A DNA stretch of 64,000 bases from NCBI GenBank assembly GCA_963675755.2, contig CAXXMD010000002.1:704001-768000 (forward strand), given 5' to 3'. This DNA comes from a bacterium. GTDB taxonomy: Bacteria; Zhuqueibacterota; Zhuqueibacteria; Residuimicrobiales; Krinioviventaceae. Each line of letters starts with the position of its first letter. Position 1 is the first letter of the stretch. Positions 1 to 11,651 of this stretch are shown here, in pieces. The notes beneath the pieces were generated by a model, which was not told the origin of the DNA, ran no database searches, and was given only the letters and a program-made list of their open reading frames with translations. Made by a program: the position numbers and the translations under genes.

Positions 1-829
1 GACTTTTACAAACATGTACACCAGCAGCTTCTAGCGCTGCAATTTTTTCACTGGCCGTTCCTTTGCCTCCGGAAATAATTGCCCCGGCATGTCCCATTCG
101 TCTTCCGGGAGGTGCTGTTTGACCTGCAATAAAAGAAACAACGGGTTTTGTCATATTGGCTTTAATGTATTCAGCTGCTGTTTCTTCCGCACTTCCGCCA
201 ATTTCACCAATCATTATAACTGCATCAGTATCAGGATCTTCATTGAAAAGCTCCAATGCATCAATAAACGGAGTACCAATAATGGGATCACCACCAATAC
301 CAATGCATGTACTTTGCCCAAGACCTAACTGAGTCAATTGGTTTACCGCTTCATATGTCAAAGTACCGCTTCGTGAAATTACACCAATCCTGCCGGGAGA
401 ATGTATAAATCCAGGCATAATACCAATCTTGCATTGACCGGGAGAAATAATACCAGGACAATTGGGGCCAATCAGTCGGCTTCCTGTTTTTTTAAGGTAT
501 TCATTTACTTTGAGCATATCTGTTACAGGTATACCTTCGGTAATACAAACGATTAATTCTATACCTGCCTGTGCACTCTCCATTATTGCATCAGCTGCAA
601 ATGGTGGCGGTACAAAAATTACAGATGCATTGGCTTGCTGTTTTTCAATAGCTTCTTCTATAGTATTATAAATGGGGATTTTTTCAAAAGATTGTCCACC
701 TTTTCCAGGAGTTACTCCTGCTACAACCTGTGTACCATATTCAACCATTTGTTGAGTATGAAAAGATCCTTCACCACCGGTAATACCCTGTACTACAACT
801 CGTGTGTTTTTATTTGCTAAAATACTCAA
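1..829 (-). CDS. sucD: Succinyl-CoA synthetase alpha subunit (3' end outside window)
   Basis: Manual translation from TTG at 829 gives [18 protein letters not shown]...; later RMGHAGAII phospho-His motif; directly downstream of sucC. Confidence 0.95.
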   Translation of the reverse strand, partial: MSILANKNTRVVVQGITGGEGSFHTQQMVEYGTQVVAGVTPGKGGQSFEKIPIYNTIEEAIEKQQANASVIFVPPPFAADAIMESAQAGIELIVCITEGIPVTDMLKVNEYLKKTGSRLIGPNCPGIISPGQCKIGIMPGFIHSPGRIGVISRSGTLTYEAVNQLTQLGLGQSTCIGIGGDPIIGTPFIDALELFNEDPDTDAVIMIGEIGGSAEETAAEYIKANMTKPVVSFIAGQTAPPGRRMGHAGAIISGGKGTASEKIAALEAAGVHVCKS

Positions 830-842
830 TGCTCTCCCCTTT

Positions 843-2003
843 CTAGTTTAAAGCTTTAACGACTTTGGTAGCAGCATCAGATAAATCTGAAGCAGGGATT
901 ATATCGAGTGAAGAATTTGCAAGAATATCAGCAGCAATATCAGCATTTGTACCAGCAAGTCTTACAACAAGCGGTACTTTGACACCAATTTTTTTAGCAG
1001 CATTTACAATACCGTTAGCAACACGGTCGCAACGAACAATACCACCAAATATATTTACCAATACTGCTTTTACATTCTCGTCTGAGAGAATGATCCGTAA
1101 ACCATTCTCAACAGTTTCTTCTGAAGCACCACCACCTACATCCAAAAAGTTGGCTGGTTCGGAACCAGAATATTTGATGATATCCATTGTGGCCATTGCT
1201 AAACCTGCGCCATTTACCATACATCCAACCGAACCATCAAGTTTTATGTAATTCAAATTGGATTTAGAGGCTTCAACTTCAAGGGGATTTTCTTCGGCAA
1301 TATCTCGCATTTCCAGAATATCCTTATGGCGATACAAAGCATTATCGTCAATGTTCAGTTTGCTATCAAGCGCAAGGATATCACCTTCTTTGGTCAATAC
1401 CAGTGGATTAATCTCAATCAAAGAACAATCAAAATTAATCATTGTTTGGTACAATGCACTAAAACATTGAGCAGCTTTGCGTAATACAGAACCTTCAAAG
1501 CCAAGTTTTATAGCTATTCGACGGGCTTGAAAAGGTAATAAACCCAAACCATTATCAATTGTTTCTTTAATAATTAATTCAGGTGTCTCGGCGGCTACTT
1601 TTTCAATTTCAACACCACCTTCTTTACTTGCCATAAAAACAAGTTGGTTTTTGGTACGGTCCAAAACAATTCCGGCATAAAATTCTTTTTCAATGTTTAT
1701 TGCTTTGGTAACATAAATCCTTCTTACAATTTTACCTTCTTGCCCGGTTTGAGGAGTAACCAGCTTCATTCCAAACATCTGCTCACCTTTTTCAAGAGCT
1801 TCTTCAAAAGAATGAACAACTTTGATACCTCCGGCTTTTCCTCTTCCACCGGCGTGAACCTGGGCTTTTAAAACCAGCGGCCAGGTATCTAATTTCTTTA
1901 CTGCTTCTCCAAGTTCCTGAATATTAAAGGCGACTAGTCCATCAACAACAGGTACCTGATACTTTTTTAGTAACTCAACGGCCTGGTATTCATGTATATT
2001 CAT
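843..2003 (-). CDS. sucC: Succinyl-CoA synthetase beta subunit
   Basis: [33 protein letters not shown] and NFLDVGGGA motifs. Confidence 0.98.
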   Translation of the reverse strand: MNIHEYQAVELLKKYQVPVVDGLVAFNIQELGEAVKKLDTWPLVLKAQVHAGGRGKAGGIKVVHSFEEALEKGEQMFGMKLVTPQTGQEGKIVRRIYVTKAINIEKEFYAGIVLDRTKNQLVFMASKEGGVEIEKVAAETPELIIKETIDNGLGLLPFQARRIAIKLGFEGSVLRKAAQCFSALYQTMINFDCSLIEINPLVLTKEGDILALDSKLNIDDNALYRHKDILEMRDIAEENPLEVEASKSNLNYIKLDGSVGCMVNGAGLAMATMDIIKYSGSEPANFLDVGGGASEETVENGLRIILSDENVKAVLVNIFGGIVRCDRVANGIVNAAKKIGVKVPLVVRLAGTNADIAADILANSSLDIIPASDLSDAATKVVKALN

Positions 2004-2269
2004 GGCCCCTCCATTATGGATTCAACTCTTGCCAAAATAAAGATTTGTTGATGAAAAGTCAAGATACTTCATACGGAAATCTCAAATACGTTTGTATTTA
2101 AGACGATTTTAATTAGCATTTGTTTACGATAATTATTATTCTAATACAGATTACATTTTTTTACCTGAATTACATGCATATTTCAAAAAAAAGTGTGTTT
2201 GATATATATTTTTCGTTTATATTTGTAAAAATCAAAAATATTTGATCATCAATCAAAAGAGGCTGGGAA

Positions 2270-4084
2270 ATGAAAAAATTGTTAGCAGTTGTTCTTTTTG
2301 TAGCATTTTCGATTCAAATGGGTTTTGCTAGTGATGATATTCAAAATTATGCAAAATCTCGAAGCAATGATTTACGTTTAGGAGTGTATATCACAGCACA
2401 CAGTGTTAGAGATCATCTTTCTACGGATATGGGTAGACGTGAAGCACTATCTCTTGTTCAATCATTGGGTATGAGTAAAGTTTTTGTGGAATTTTATCGG
2501 GGTGGTTTAGTGATTGATTCTCAATTATTAAAAGATGTTAACCAGTTCTTTACTGACAATGATATTGATGTTATTGGAGGTGTTGCAACAGTACCTGGTG
2601 AAAACTTTGGTGTACACCAGGAAGGCCCGCTCGGTTGGTTTAACTGGCAAAATGAAAAAACCCAAACTGATTTGTTGGGTGTAATGCAAATGGCAGCTCA
2701 TGTATTCGATAAAATCATTATTGACGATTTTGTATGTTCCTCTGATACAAGCAAAGAATCCAAAGCAGCTAAAAAAGATCTTTCCTGGTCAGAATATCGC
2801 CGTAATTTATTGGTTGATATTGCATCGAATATCTTTCTTAAAGAAGTACATAAAATCAATCCTGACTGTGAAGTTACAATAAAATTTCCACAATGGTACG
2901 ACAGATTTCATCTCTTTGGTTATGACATTCCCAGACAATCTGCTCAATTTGATAATGTATGGGTAGGAACTGAAACACGTGGCGCACGCACACAGAGGTA
3001 TGGTTTTGTACAACCCTATGAAGGCTATGTCAATTATCGATGGATTAACTCTATTGCCGGCAAAGTATCCGGAGCATGGTTTGATCATGGTGATTGTCAG
3101 CCATTAGATTTCATAGATCAGGCGTATCAAAGTGTATTAGCCGGAGCGAATGAAATAACAATGTTTCATTATGGTGATTTTTTATGGGGTCACGGAGGCC
3201 ATCATTATTTGCGCTCTGAATTCGATAAACTTGCTGATCTGGCTGCAAAAGTTACTGGTGATGAAGAAACAGTTATTTATGGATACAAGCCTGCAAACAG
3301 CGATGCCGGTGGTGATCTTTATATCATGGATTTTATTGGAATGCTTGGAATCCCTCTGGTTCCTGCTTCTGAATGGCCTGAACAGGCTGAAATACTCTTT
3401 ATACCAACTCAGGCTGCTAAAGATAAAGACATTGAATCCCGTGTTTTTCAAGCTGTTAAAAAACAAAAAACTGTAATTATGACAACAGGATTCTTGTCAG
3501 TAATGAACAGTAAAAAATTAAATCAACTTGCAGGATTTGAACATCCGGTCAAAAGTAATCCTGTCCGGGCGGAATTCATTACATTCAATGATGTTCCGCA
3601 AATAGTTCAGGAAGGTTTATTGTTAGAAAGTGATGCTGCCACAAAGGATGCAAAAGCTATAATTACAGCAAACTATAAAAATGAAACCATCCCTTTTTTC
3701 ACACAAAATCAGAACAATATATTTGTGCTTAATAGTCATACCTTTTCACAGGCAGATTTTGATGCTGTTGGAGAAGTGTTGTTGTGCCCCCGCGATTTAG
3801 GTCTATTGTATCTTCCACCCAATGCTATAAGCTCTTTGCGAAATTCTATCATTGGAAAATTGGGAATGGAAATGCAAGCTCCTACCCGCGTTACCTTGCA
3901 ACCAGTCGGCAAAAGTGGTTGGTTTTTGCAAAATTATAACGAAGAACCTGTAATTATTAAACTGAAAATTGAAAATAAATCTGATTCATTTAAAAATGTT
4001 TTCACTGGTGAAAATATAGCGATTAATAAAGACGGATTTGCAACTATAATCATTCCCAAACGATCCAGGATTTGGGTGCAATAA
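2270..4084 (+). CDS. Secreted hypothetical protein, possible glycoside-hydrolase-like TIM barrel
   Basis: 604 aa; signal peptide MKKLLAVVLF...GFA; IIIDDF and VGTETRG acidic motifs; GH42-like layout is inferred. Confidence 0.55.
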   Translation: MKKLLAVVLFVAFSIQMGFASDDIQNYAKSRSNDLRLGVYITAHSVRDHLSTDMGRREALSLVQSLGMSKVFVEFYRGGLVIDSQLLKDVNQFFTDNDIDVIGGVATVPGENFGVHQEGPLGWFNWQNEKTQTDLLGVMQMAAHVFDKIIIDDFVCSSDTSKESKAAKKDLSWSEYRRNLLVDIASNIFLKEVHKINPDCEVTIKFPQWYDRFHLFGYDIPRQSAQFDNVWVGTETRGARTQRYGFVQPYEGYVNYRWINSIAGKVSGAWFDHGDCQPLDFIDQAYQSVLAGANEITMFHYGDFLWGHGGHHYLRSEFDKLADLAAKVTGDEETVIYGYKPANSDAGGDLYIMDFIGMLGIPLVPASEWPEQAEILFIPTQAAKDKDIESRVFQAVKKQKTVIMTTGFLSVMNSKKLNQLAGFEHPVKSNPVRAEFITFNDVPQIVQEGLLLESDAATKDAKAIITANYKNETIPFFTQNQNNIFVLNSHTFSQADFDAVGEVLLCPRDLGLLYLPPNAISSLRNSIIGKLGMEMQAPTRVTLQPVGKSGWFLQNYNEEPVIIKLKIENKSDSFKNVFTGENIAINKDGFATIIIPKRSRIWVQ

Positions 4085-4118
4085 AATTCAATAATTTTCA
4101 AAAATAAAAAAATAGTTG

Positions 4119-4168
4119 GTTGATAAATCAACTATTTTTTTTGTATATTTAGTTGACTACTCAACTAA
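4119..4168 (+). promoter_or_regulatory. Two palindromic putative MarR operators overlapping the MATE promoter
   Basis: GTTGA-TAAA-TCAAC (4119-4132) and TTAGTTGA-CTAC-TCAACTAA (4149-4168) around TTGATA...TATATT. Confidence 0.7.
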
Positions 4169-4191
4169 TAGATATGTGTGAAAGGTTTTAG

Positions 4192-5547
4192 ATGAAAGAT
4201 ATTAATATTTTAAAGGACGACAATATTGGCAGATCACTATTCAAGCTGTCTCTTCCGGCGATGATAGGTATGCTGGTAATGTCAATGTATAATGTTGTAG
4301 ATGCAATTTTTATTGGTAAAGGTGTTGGCACAATGGGTATAGCCGCAGTAGCCATCTCTTTTCCTATTCAGATGATTGTGGGTGCTATTGGTCAAATGCT
4401 GGGTATTGGTGGCGCCTCTCTCCTTTCCAGATCTTTGGGCGCACAGGATTATGATACTTCAAACCGAATTCTAGGAAATGTTATAATTTCAACAGTACTT
4501 TTTTCGCTTGTAATTACAATTATTGGTTTTCTTTTTATAGACCAGGTTCTTGTATTTTTCGGATCTTCCCAAACTATTTTACCACATGCAAAAGAATATT
4601 TTGTGTATATAGTACCCGGGATTTTGTTTCATAGCATGGCTATGGCCTTAAATAACCTGATCCGTGCAGAAGGCAAAGCCAAAGTTGCCATGTTTACAAT
4701 GATTATATCTGCAGTAATGAATATAATTCTAGATGCTCTCTTTATTTTCAAATTCAAGATGGGTATTAGTGGTGCTGCAATTGCCACGCTTATTGCTTAT
4801 ATTTCTGGCGCTGTTTATTTGATCCTTTATTACCTTTCTGGCAAATCTATTTTAAATGTAAAATTATCATATTTAAAATTCAATTTACGTATTAACAAAG
4901 AAATATACGCAATTGGTATAGCCGTTTTTGCCAGGCAAGCTGCAATGAGTGTTTTAGTAATTATTTTAAATAATTTACTAGGATACCTGGGTGGTGATAT
5001 TGCAATTGCTGTTTATGGTATTGTTATGCGTATTCTCATGGTTATGATGACACCAATAATCGGCTTGGCTCAGGGACTACAACCTATTGCTGGTTATAAT
5101 TTTGGAGCTCAAAATTATCTTAAAACCAAAGAATCTGTCAAACTGGCCGTCATTGTATCATCACTTTTATCAATTTCAGCTACATTTGTTATTATGGTCT
5201 TTCCCGTTGTGTTGCTTAAATTATTTACAAATGACGTTACATTGATTGAACAAGGTAAAACAGCTTTACGATTCATGGTTCTTGCATTTCCTGTTGTAGG
5301 ATTTCAAATTGTAGGTTCCACATTGTACCAGGCTATTGGAAAAGCATTTGAGAATTTAATACTTACTCTTTCCAGGCAAGTTTTATTTCTTATACCTCTT
5401 GTTTTCATTTTTTCTCATTACTTTAAACTTGTTGGCGTTTGGTTATCATTTCCGGTAGCTGATATATTATCTTTTTTCTTAACCTTGATATTTCTCATAT
5501 CACTAAACAAGCAATATAACCATAAAATTAAAATGTCTGAGGTTTAA
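4192..5547 (+). CDS. MATE family efflux transporter (MepA-like)
   Basis: LSLPAMIGM, YNVVDAIFIG, NIILDALFIF and QGLQPIAGYNFGA motifs; many TM segments. Confidence 0.95.
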   Translation: MKDINILKDDNIGRSLFKLSLPAMIGMLVMSMYNVVDAIFIGKGVGTMGIAAVAISFPIQMIVGAIGQMLGIGGASLLSRSLGAQDYDTSNRILGNVIISTVLFSLVITIIGFLFIDQVLVFFGSSQTILPHAKEYFVYIVPGILFHSMAMALNNLIRAEGKAKVAMFTMIISAVMNIILDALFIFKFKMGISGAAIATLIAYISGAVYLILYYLSGKSILNVKLSYLKFNLRINKEIYAIGIAVFARQAAMSVLVIILNNLLGYLGGDIAIAVYGIVMRILMVMMTPIIGLAQGLQPIAGYNFGAQNYLKTKESVKLAVIVSSLLSISATFVIMVFPVVLLKLFTNDVTLIEQGKTALRFMVLAFPVVGFQIVGSTLYQAIGKAFENLILTLSRQVLFLIPLVFIFSHYFKLVGVWLSFPVADILSFFLTLIFLISLNKQYNHKIKMSEV

Positions 5548-5549
5548 TA

Positions 5550-6009
5550 ATGCATCATCATGACAGTATTGGCAAAATGTTGGGATTTTTGCATAGAAGC
5601 GCACAAAAATATTTTAATCATCAACTATCAAAATTTGACCTCGGTAGTGGTGCTTATATGTTTTTGATCTATCTTTTTCACAATGATGGTGCAACTCAAA
5701 ACGAAACCAGTTCACATCTGGATGTAGACAAATCACATGCAACACGTATTTTTCATAATCTTGAAAAGCTGGGTTATGTTACCCGAAAAACATGACATAC
5801 ATGATAAGCGTGTATACCGTGTTTATCTTACTGAAAAAGCAATTTCAATCAGAGCTGATATTAAAGAGATTATGCAATCCTGGTCTGAGATTATAACCAA
5901 AGATTTTAATGATTCTGAAAAAGAGCAAGTAAAGAATTTATTATGGAAAATGTCAAAAAATGTAACAGACATGAATGATAAACAACACAAACTATGTCAA
6001 AATAGTTGA
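5550..6009 (+). CDS. MarR family regulator, split by a frameshift near 5790
   Basis: N-part has the wHTH (TQNETSSHLDVDKS...LEKLGYV); overlapping C-part has DKRVYRVYLTEK; break at an A5 run. Confidence 0.85.
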
Positions 6010-6054
6010 CTATTAACATTAAGGTTTTATATTATAAAAAAACGAGAGGATGAT

Positions 6055-6414
6055 ATGGATTTAAAAGATTTTCAAAAAATGGCAATCAAGATTGATCCCC
6101 CCAAAAAGACCCAGGCTGACAATGCAGTTGAAGAAATTGAAAAATATATACTCGCTGTTAAATCTCAATTAACAGATAATCAGGATCTGGCAGTTCTTGT
6201 ACCCTTGAAAAATGGAGAGACAGTACAGGTCCTTTCTTTTGCTTCAGAAGATGCAAATATGATTTTTATCAATGGATTTAACGATTTAGAACCTGTTTTT
6301 TTGCTGGTCCACCTATATGATTTCCAAATTATGATTAAAATTATTGAAAATCCTCAAGAAGAAGATAAACATATCGGTTTTGAATTTTCAAACAAGACTA
6401 TTGAAAATTCTTGA
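6055..6414 (+). CDS. Hypothetical protein (DUF6173-like)
   Basis: 119 aa with RBS GAGG and upstream TTGACT...TATATT; C-terminal IGF motif resembles DUF6173 from memory. Confidence 0.55.
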   Translation: MDLKDFQKMAIKIDPPKKTQADNAVEEIEKYILAVKSQLTDNQDLAVLVPLKNGETVQVLSFASEDANMIFINGFNDLEPVFLLVHLYDFQIMIKIIENPQEEDKHIGFEFSNKTIENS

Positions 6415-6478
6415 TAAATAATTAAAAATACTTTCCTACCCCAATTAATATCATTTTGATACACTTTTCCTTCCATAA

Positions 6479-6494
6479 ACGCAAACGTTTGCGC
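6479..6494. promoter_or_regulatory. LacI/PurR-type operator palindrome O1
   Basis: ACGCAAACGTTTGCGC, containing the perfect palindrome GCAAACGTTTGC at 6481-6492. Confidence 0.75.
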
Positions 6495-6584
6495 AGTTAA
6501 TTTTTTCTAAAAAAAGTAACTTATTAATAATCAACAAAACGATAAAAAAAAATACCTAATGACACCCTATAAAAATAATTTATC

Positions 6585-6613
6585 TTGACAAAGAATGAAA
6601 ATTACATTATTTT
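6585..6613 (+). promoter_or_regulatory. Putative sigma70 promoter between the two operators
   Basis: TTGACA (6585-6590), 17-bp spacer, TATTTT. Confidence 0.5.
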
Positions 6614-6700
6614 ACTTTTATAAAAATAAAAATTTTTAAAGTAATGGTGTTAATTTTTTCTATGTATAAAATTATTTAAAAATTTTTTTTCATTAGTCAG

Positions 6701-6712
6701 GCAAACGTTTGC
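6701..6712. promoter_or_regulatory. LacI/PurR-type operator palindrome O2
   Basis: Identical GCAAACGTTTGC exactly 220 bp downstream of O1. Confidence 0.75.
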
Positions 6713-7021
6713 TTTACAAATTGAATGTTTAATTTAATAATTGAATATATACTTTTACAGGTTTAATATTTATGTTTAACAAATCTCAGATATGTTTCCA
6801 ATCTTTAATCTCCGTTGTTGACGTAATGTTGGCAGGTAAATTGAATGTAATTGTTTTGTATTATTTAAATAAGATTTAACCTAAAAATTAAAAATCCATA
6901 ATATTATTCAAGTCTTAGTCATTTATATTTCTGATATAGAGAAACAAGTTTAATTCATACATATTGACGATACCGATCGAATTACACAAGTTGTATTTAG
7001 AAGCGCAGCAGGAGAAGTATA

Positions 7022-8388
7022 ATGAAAAAGCAGCACATAATAACAATTATATTTTATTTACTCGTATTTCCGATATGGGTCTTTCCATCATCCCCACAAA
7101 AAAGCACAAATACACCTATATACTTTTTTGATACAAATATATTTCAGGATTCAAGTGAATTTGCAAGAATTGAAACATACTATTCTGTAGCCTTACCCCA
7201 ACTAAAATTTAAAGAAACTGACAATGGATATCTGTCAAACTTTTCTGCAAAATTAATAGTATTTTCAGAAAAAATGGATACAGTTCAAGTAAAAGTTTAA
7301 AAGGCACAGGCAACTATCGAAAAAGATGAGAATAACATAACTAATCCTGAAAAAGGAACTAGTTGATCAAATCTATTACAACCTTGAACCTGGTGATTAT
7401 TTTGTTAAATTTTCAATAACTGATGACAATTCAAAGAAAACAAGCGTTATTTGGGGATTCATTAACAGTTTCACCTGTACCTAATAAACTGTCTATTAGT
7501 GATATACAATTGGCTTCTTTGATTTCAGCTGAATCTAAACACCCCAATTATACCAAAGCTAATAAAACTGTAATACCAAATCCCTCCCGTCGATATCAAT
7601 ATCACAATTCATTATTATATCTGTATTATGAAATTTATACACCTCGAAACAAGCAATGACAGCTCTAAAAAATACTTTTGAAACTCAATATATTATCACA
7701 AACGCTTATAACGATACTTTAATAATTACAAATCCTTCAAAAAGTATTAAACAAGCTGAATCTTTAATAAAAGTTCAGGCAATTGATATTTCTGGTCTGG
7801 AAAGTGGTGATCATCATTTATTTATCAATGTTAAAGATTTGGCAAAACAATGAATTATCAACTGTTTCAAATCAATTTACTGTTTCCAATCCCCCACTGC
7901 CCTGAAACAAATATTCCATTAACAGAAAAAGATCTTAAAAATTATAGAGATCAAATAAAAATATATTGCAACTCATGAAGAGTTGAAAATTTTTGATTCA
8001 TTACCAATAAAAAAATAAAGGTACATTTTTAATTAATTTCTGGAAAAGCAGAGATTATGATTTATCTACTCCTGAAAATGAATTTATGATGGATTGTTTT
8101 GCAAGGATCAATTACGCAAACAAACATTTTAATAGCAATACAAATGGATTAAATTCTGACATGGGCAGGATTTTCATTGTATACGGTCAACCTGATGATA
8201 TAGATCGTCATCATATGGAAATTGATGAAAAACCTTATGAAATCTGGAGTTATTATGTTGGCGGCCAAAATCATAAATTTGTTTTTGTAGATCGAAATAA
8301 TGAAAATATATATTCATTGGTACACTCTACATTGCCTGAAGAAATAACCAATGAAGAATGGTATGAAAGAGAAGTTGAAGGCCAATAA
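7022..8388 (+). pseudogene. GWxTD domain-containing protein, multiply frameshifted (pseudogene or sequencing errors)
   Basis: Collinear fragments: signal peptide, LSISDIQLA...IPNPSRRY, FWKSRD, RINYANKHF...GLNSDMGRIFIVYGQPD, YEIWSY...FVFVD. Confidence 0.75.
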
Positions 8389-8530
8389 AATTAAAATCCG
8401 TAATTTAAAACAATAATATTAGGAGGTGATGAAAGGAACCAAAAATTTTAATTAGTAACGGGAATAAGGGTTAATTAAATTCTTATACCCTTTCCCAAAT
8501 AACACTTAACATAATAAAATGGAGATTGCA

Positions 8531-11500
8531 ATGGCGAGTTACAAGTGGTTTAAACTACGGGTATTACTGCTGACATTTAGTTTGTTAGTATGTTTTACTG
8601 TTGAGAAAACACTTGCTGGAACTACTGGCAAAATTGCAGGGAAAATTTTCGACAGCAAGACTAATGAAAGTCTCCCGGGCGCCAATATTACCATTGTAGG
8701 AACAACGATGGGTGCATCATCAGATGTTGATGGTAACTATTTTATCCTGAATGTTCCTCCAGGCACATATTCGGTGCGCGGTTCAATGATGGGTTATGGG
8801 CCTGTTGTACAACAAGAGGTCCGGGTTAATACTGACAGAACCACACTGTTGGATTTTGGCTTATCCTCAGCAGTGTTGGATTTAGGAGAAGAAGTTGTCA
8901 TTACATCCACCAGACCTCTTGTAGAGCAAGATGTCGTATCAAGTCAGGTAATTGCAACTGTCGAACAAACAGAAATGCTGCCTGTTTCTAACATCATGGA
9001 TGCTATTAGCCTTGAACCCGGTATTGAGGTAAATAGTTCCGAAATGAAAATCGAAATTCGTGGTGGTGGAAGCGATGAAATCAGCTTTCAGGTTGATGGT
9101 ATGGAACGTAATGATAAACTGAACAATAAAGTTTTTGCAGAAACAAACTCTGCTTCAGTATCTGAAGTTCAAATTCTCACCGGTGGTTTTAACGCTGAAT
9201 ATGGTAATATTCGTTCAGGTCTGTTTAACGTTATCACCAAAGAAGGTGGAAAAACAGTTTCAGGTTCTTTTGATTATCGTACATCTCCAGGACATCAGAA
9301 ACATTTTGGTCCCAGTGCATACGGCGATGACCAATATGATAATCAACTTTATGGTGGCAGTGATTCTTTTGAACCCGTTTTTGATGTTGAAGGCGGACAA
9401 TTGTTTGCAGGTTGGAATGCTATTGCTGAAACCAAAAATGCTGAATCATGGATGGGTAAAAGTGACTGGACTCCTCAACAATTGCAGGAAGTTTGGAAAT
9501 GGACCACCCGTGGTGTTGATTACGGTGACAAAGCAGATCATTACATTGATGCTGGTCTTGGTGGCCCTGTTCCCGGTTTGGACAAATTGGGTCTCAAAGA
9601 TGCGGGTTTCTTTTTAGGATACAAATATACACGTCAATATCCTATCTTGCCTTCCGTAAGTGAATATTATGATTCTGATATTAAAGAAGCAAAATTTTCA
9701 TTCAAACCTATGGACAACATTAAAGTTGTTTTGAACGGTTTGTACGGTGAGACAATGACATCAACCAATGGTAATGACTGGGATGATGATCAGTGGACAT
9801 TTAACTATGGAAACAATGTTTCTGAAATTGAATCAGGCACTGATCTTTTTTCAAATTACAAATATTATCTTGGATCACAAGATATGCTTTATGCAACAAC
9901 CAAACAAATTGGCTTCAAGTTGATTCATACAATCAATCCTTCAACTTATTATGAAGTAAAATATAATTATTTTACTACAGAATCTGAAGCTGGACACGGT
10001 ACTGAAAGAAATCTTGCAGCCGTAAAAACTATCGGCGGTGTAGCTTTTGATGAAGGTCCGGTAGGTTGGATTGATGAAACTGCATCATTAACAGATTTGA
10101 CCGGTAACTGGAGTCTGTCTGGTGGTGGTTTGGTTTCTGATACTTCTTCTTATGCAACTCATAAATTTAATATCGATTTTACCAGTCAGGTAAACCAAAA
10201 TAACCTGGTAAAAGCCGGTTTTGAATTTGCACAGGACCATATTATCAAAGATTTTAAGAAACAAGGTACAATTAATGTAAACAATTACAGTACTTTTAAT
10301 TTTGACAGAAAACCTTCTCATTATTCTGGTTACATTCAGGATAAAATTGAGTATGGTGGTATGATTGTTAATGCCGGTATCCGTATTGATCATTATGCAG
10401 CAAACGGATATATCTATGATCCTACGAACATCTATTCTCTGTTATGGGCACGTGGCGGTACAGCTGGTTACGCAACAATGGATGATCTTCCTAAAGAAGC
10501 AAGTGAAGCTCATACTTATCTGAGCCCAAGACTTGGTTTTTCACATCCGGTTCGTAAACATACCAAATTTTTCTTCAACTATGGTATTTTCTACTCTGAA
10601 CCAACCAACACTGACCGTTATGGTATGTTCTCCGAAAGCATGCCTTTTGGCGATCCTCAAGGTGATATCAGAAGATTGGGTTATGCTAATCTTGAAGCTC
10701 CAAGAACTTCTGCTTACGAAATTGGTTTTGAACAAAGTATTGCAGATGATTATCTGATTCGTGCAAACTTTTATTCAAAAGACAATACTGAAATGATTGG
10801 TAAACTTCGTGTTGACGGCCAGGGTGGCTCTGCCTCTGTTGGTGACTTTGTAAACGGTGTTTCTGCCGGTGTTGCAGGTTACGATACACGACGCAACAAT
10901 ATTTACCAGGATATTCGCGGTATTGAAATGAAAATCAGCAAACTGCGTGGTCGCTTTTTCACCGGTTGGTTGAATATGGATTACCGTATTAAAACTCAAG
11001 GTAATTATGGTTTACTCTTCTTTGAACCAGGATCCACTTGTTGGTTACTATGTATACAGTGCAACCAAACTTGCAGCCACAATCTGAACCTGGTTTCATT
11101 GGTAACTTTTCTTTCCATACACCAATGGATTGGGGGTACATTGAAAGGCAATTGGAGATTAAGTTTTATTCAACGTTGGGACAAGGGTTCAAAATACATC
11201 TACAATCCTGATAATCTCCCAGCTCGTGAAGTAAGAACCATTTATTATTGGTTAGATTCTTACTATACATCATTAAGACTTAGTAAATCTTTCACCGTGT
11301 ATAAAAACCTTTCTGCCCGCTTATATATGGATGTAAACAACTTGTTCAATTACAAAAAGCTGAACCTCAACGTTTTGGCTGATAATGAAAAAAGAACAAT
11401 ACTTTACACAATATATTGATCAAGATAACGGTCTTGGAAAAGACATTGGTGAATATGAAGATGATAACGGCAATGATGTATTTACAGAAGAATGGGTTGA

Positions 11501-11600
11501 TTCAAATGGTACTACCCGTGCTCCTATTGCACCGGGTAAAGATTATGCATTATTCTATAATCCACGTTCATTCCTGTTCGGTGTAAAGTTTGAATTTTAA
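8531..11600 (+). CDS. TonB-dependent receptor with carboxypeptidase-regulatory-like N-domain (frameshifts about 11020-11390)
   Basis: AGTTGKIAG...LPGANI, IRGG plug, TGGFNAEYG, YIQDKIEY, SPRLGFSHP; terminal PRSFLFGVKFEF in a separate frame. Confidence 0.9.
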
Positions 11601-11651
11601 GTTGAAATTCAATTGCTTTTATCTTGAAAAAGAAAAAAAAGGAAACCACAA

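Noticed and set aside
89-820. Short plus-strand ORFs (and similar shadow ORFs throughout)
   Set aside because: Antisense or alternate-frame shadows of well-supported genes such as sucD
2082-2100. CAAATACGTTTG as a third LacI operator
   Set aside because: Imperfect, with an extra base breaking the central-CG symmetry
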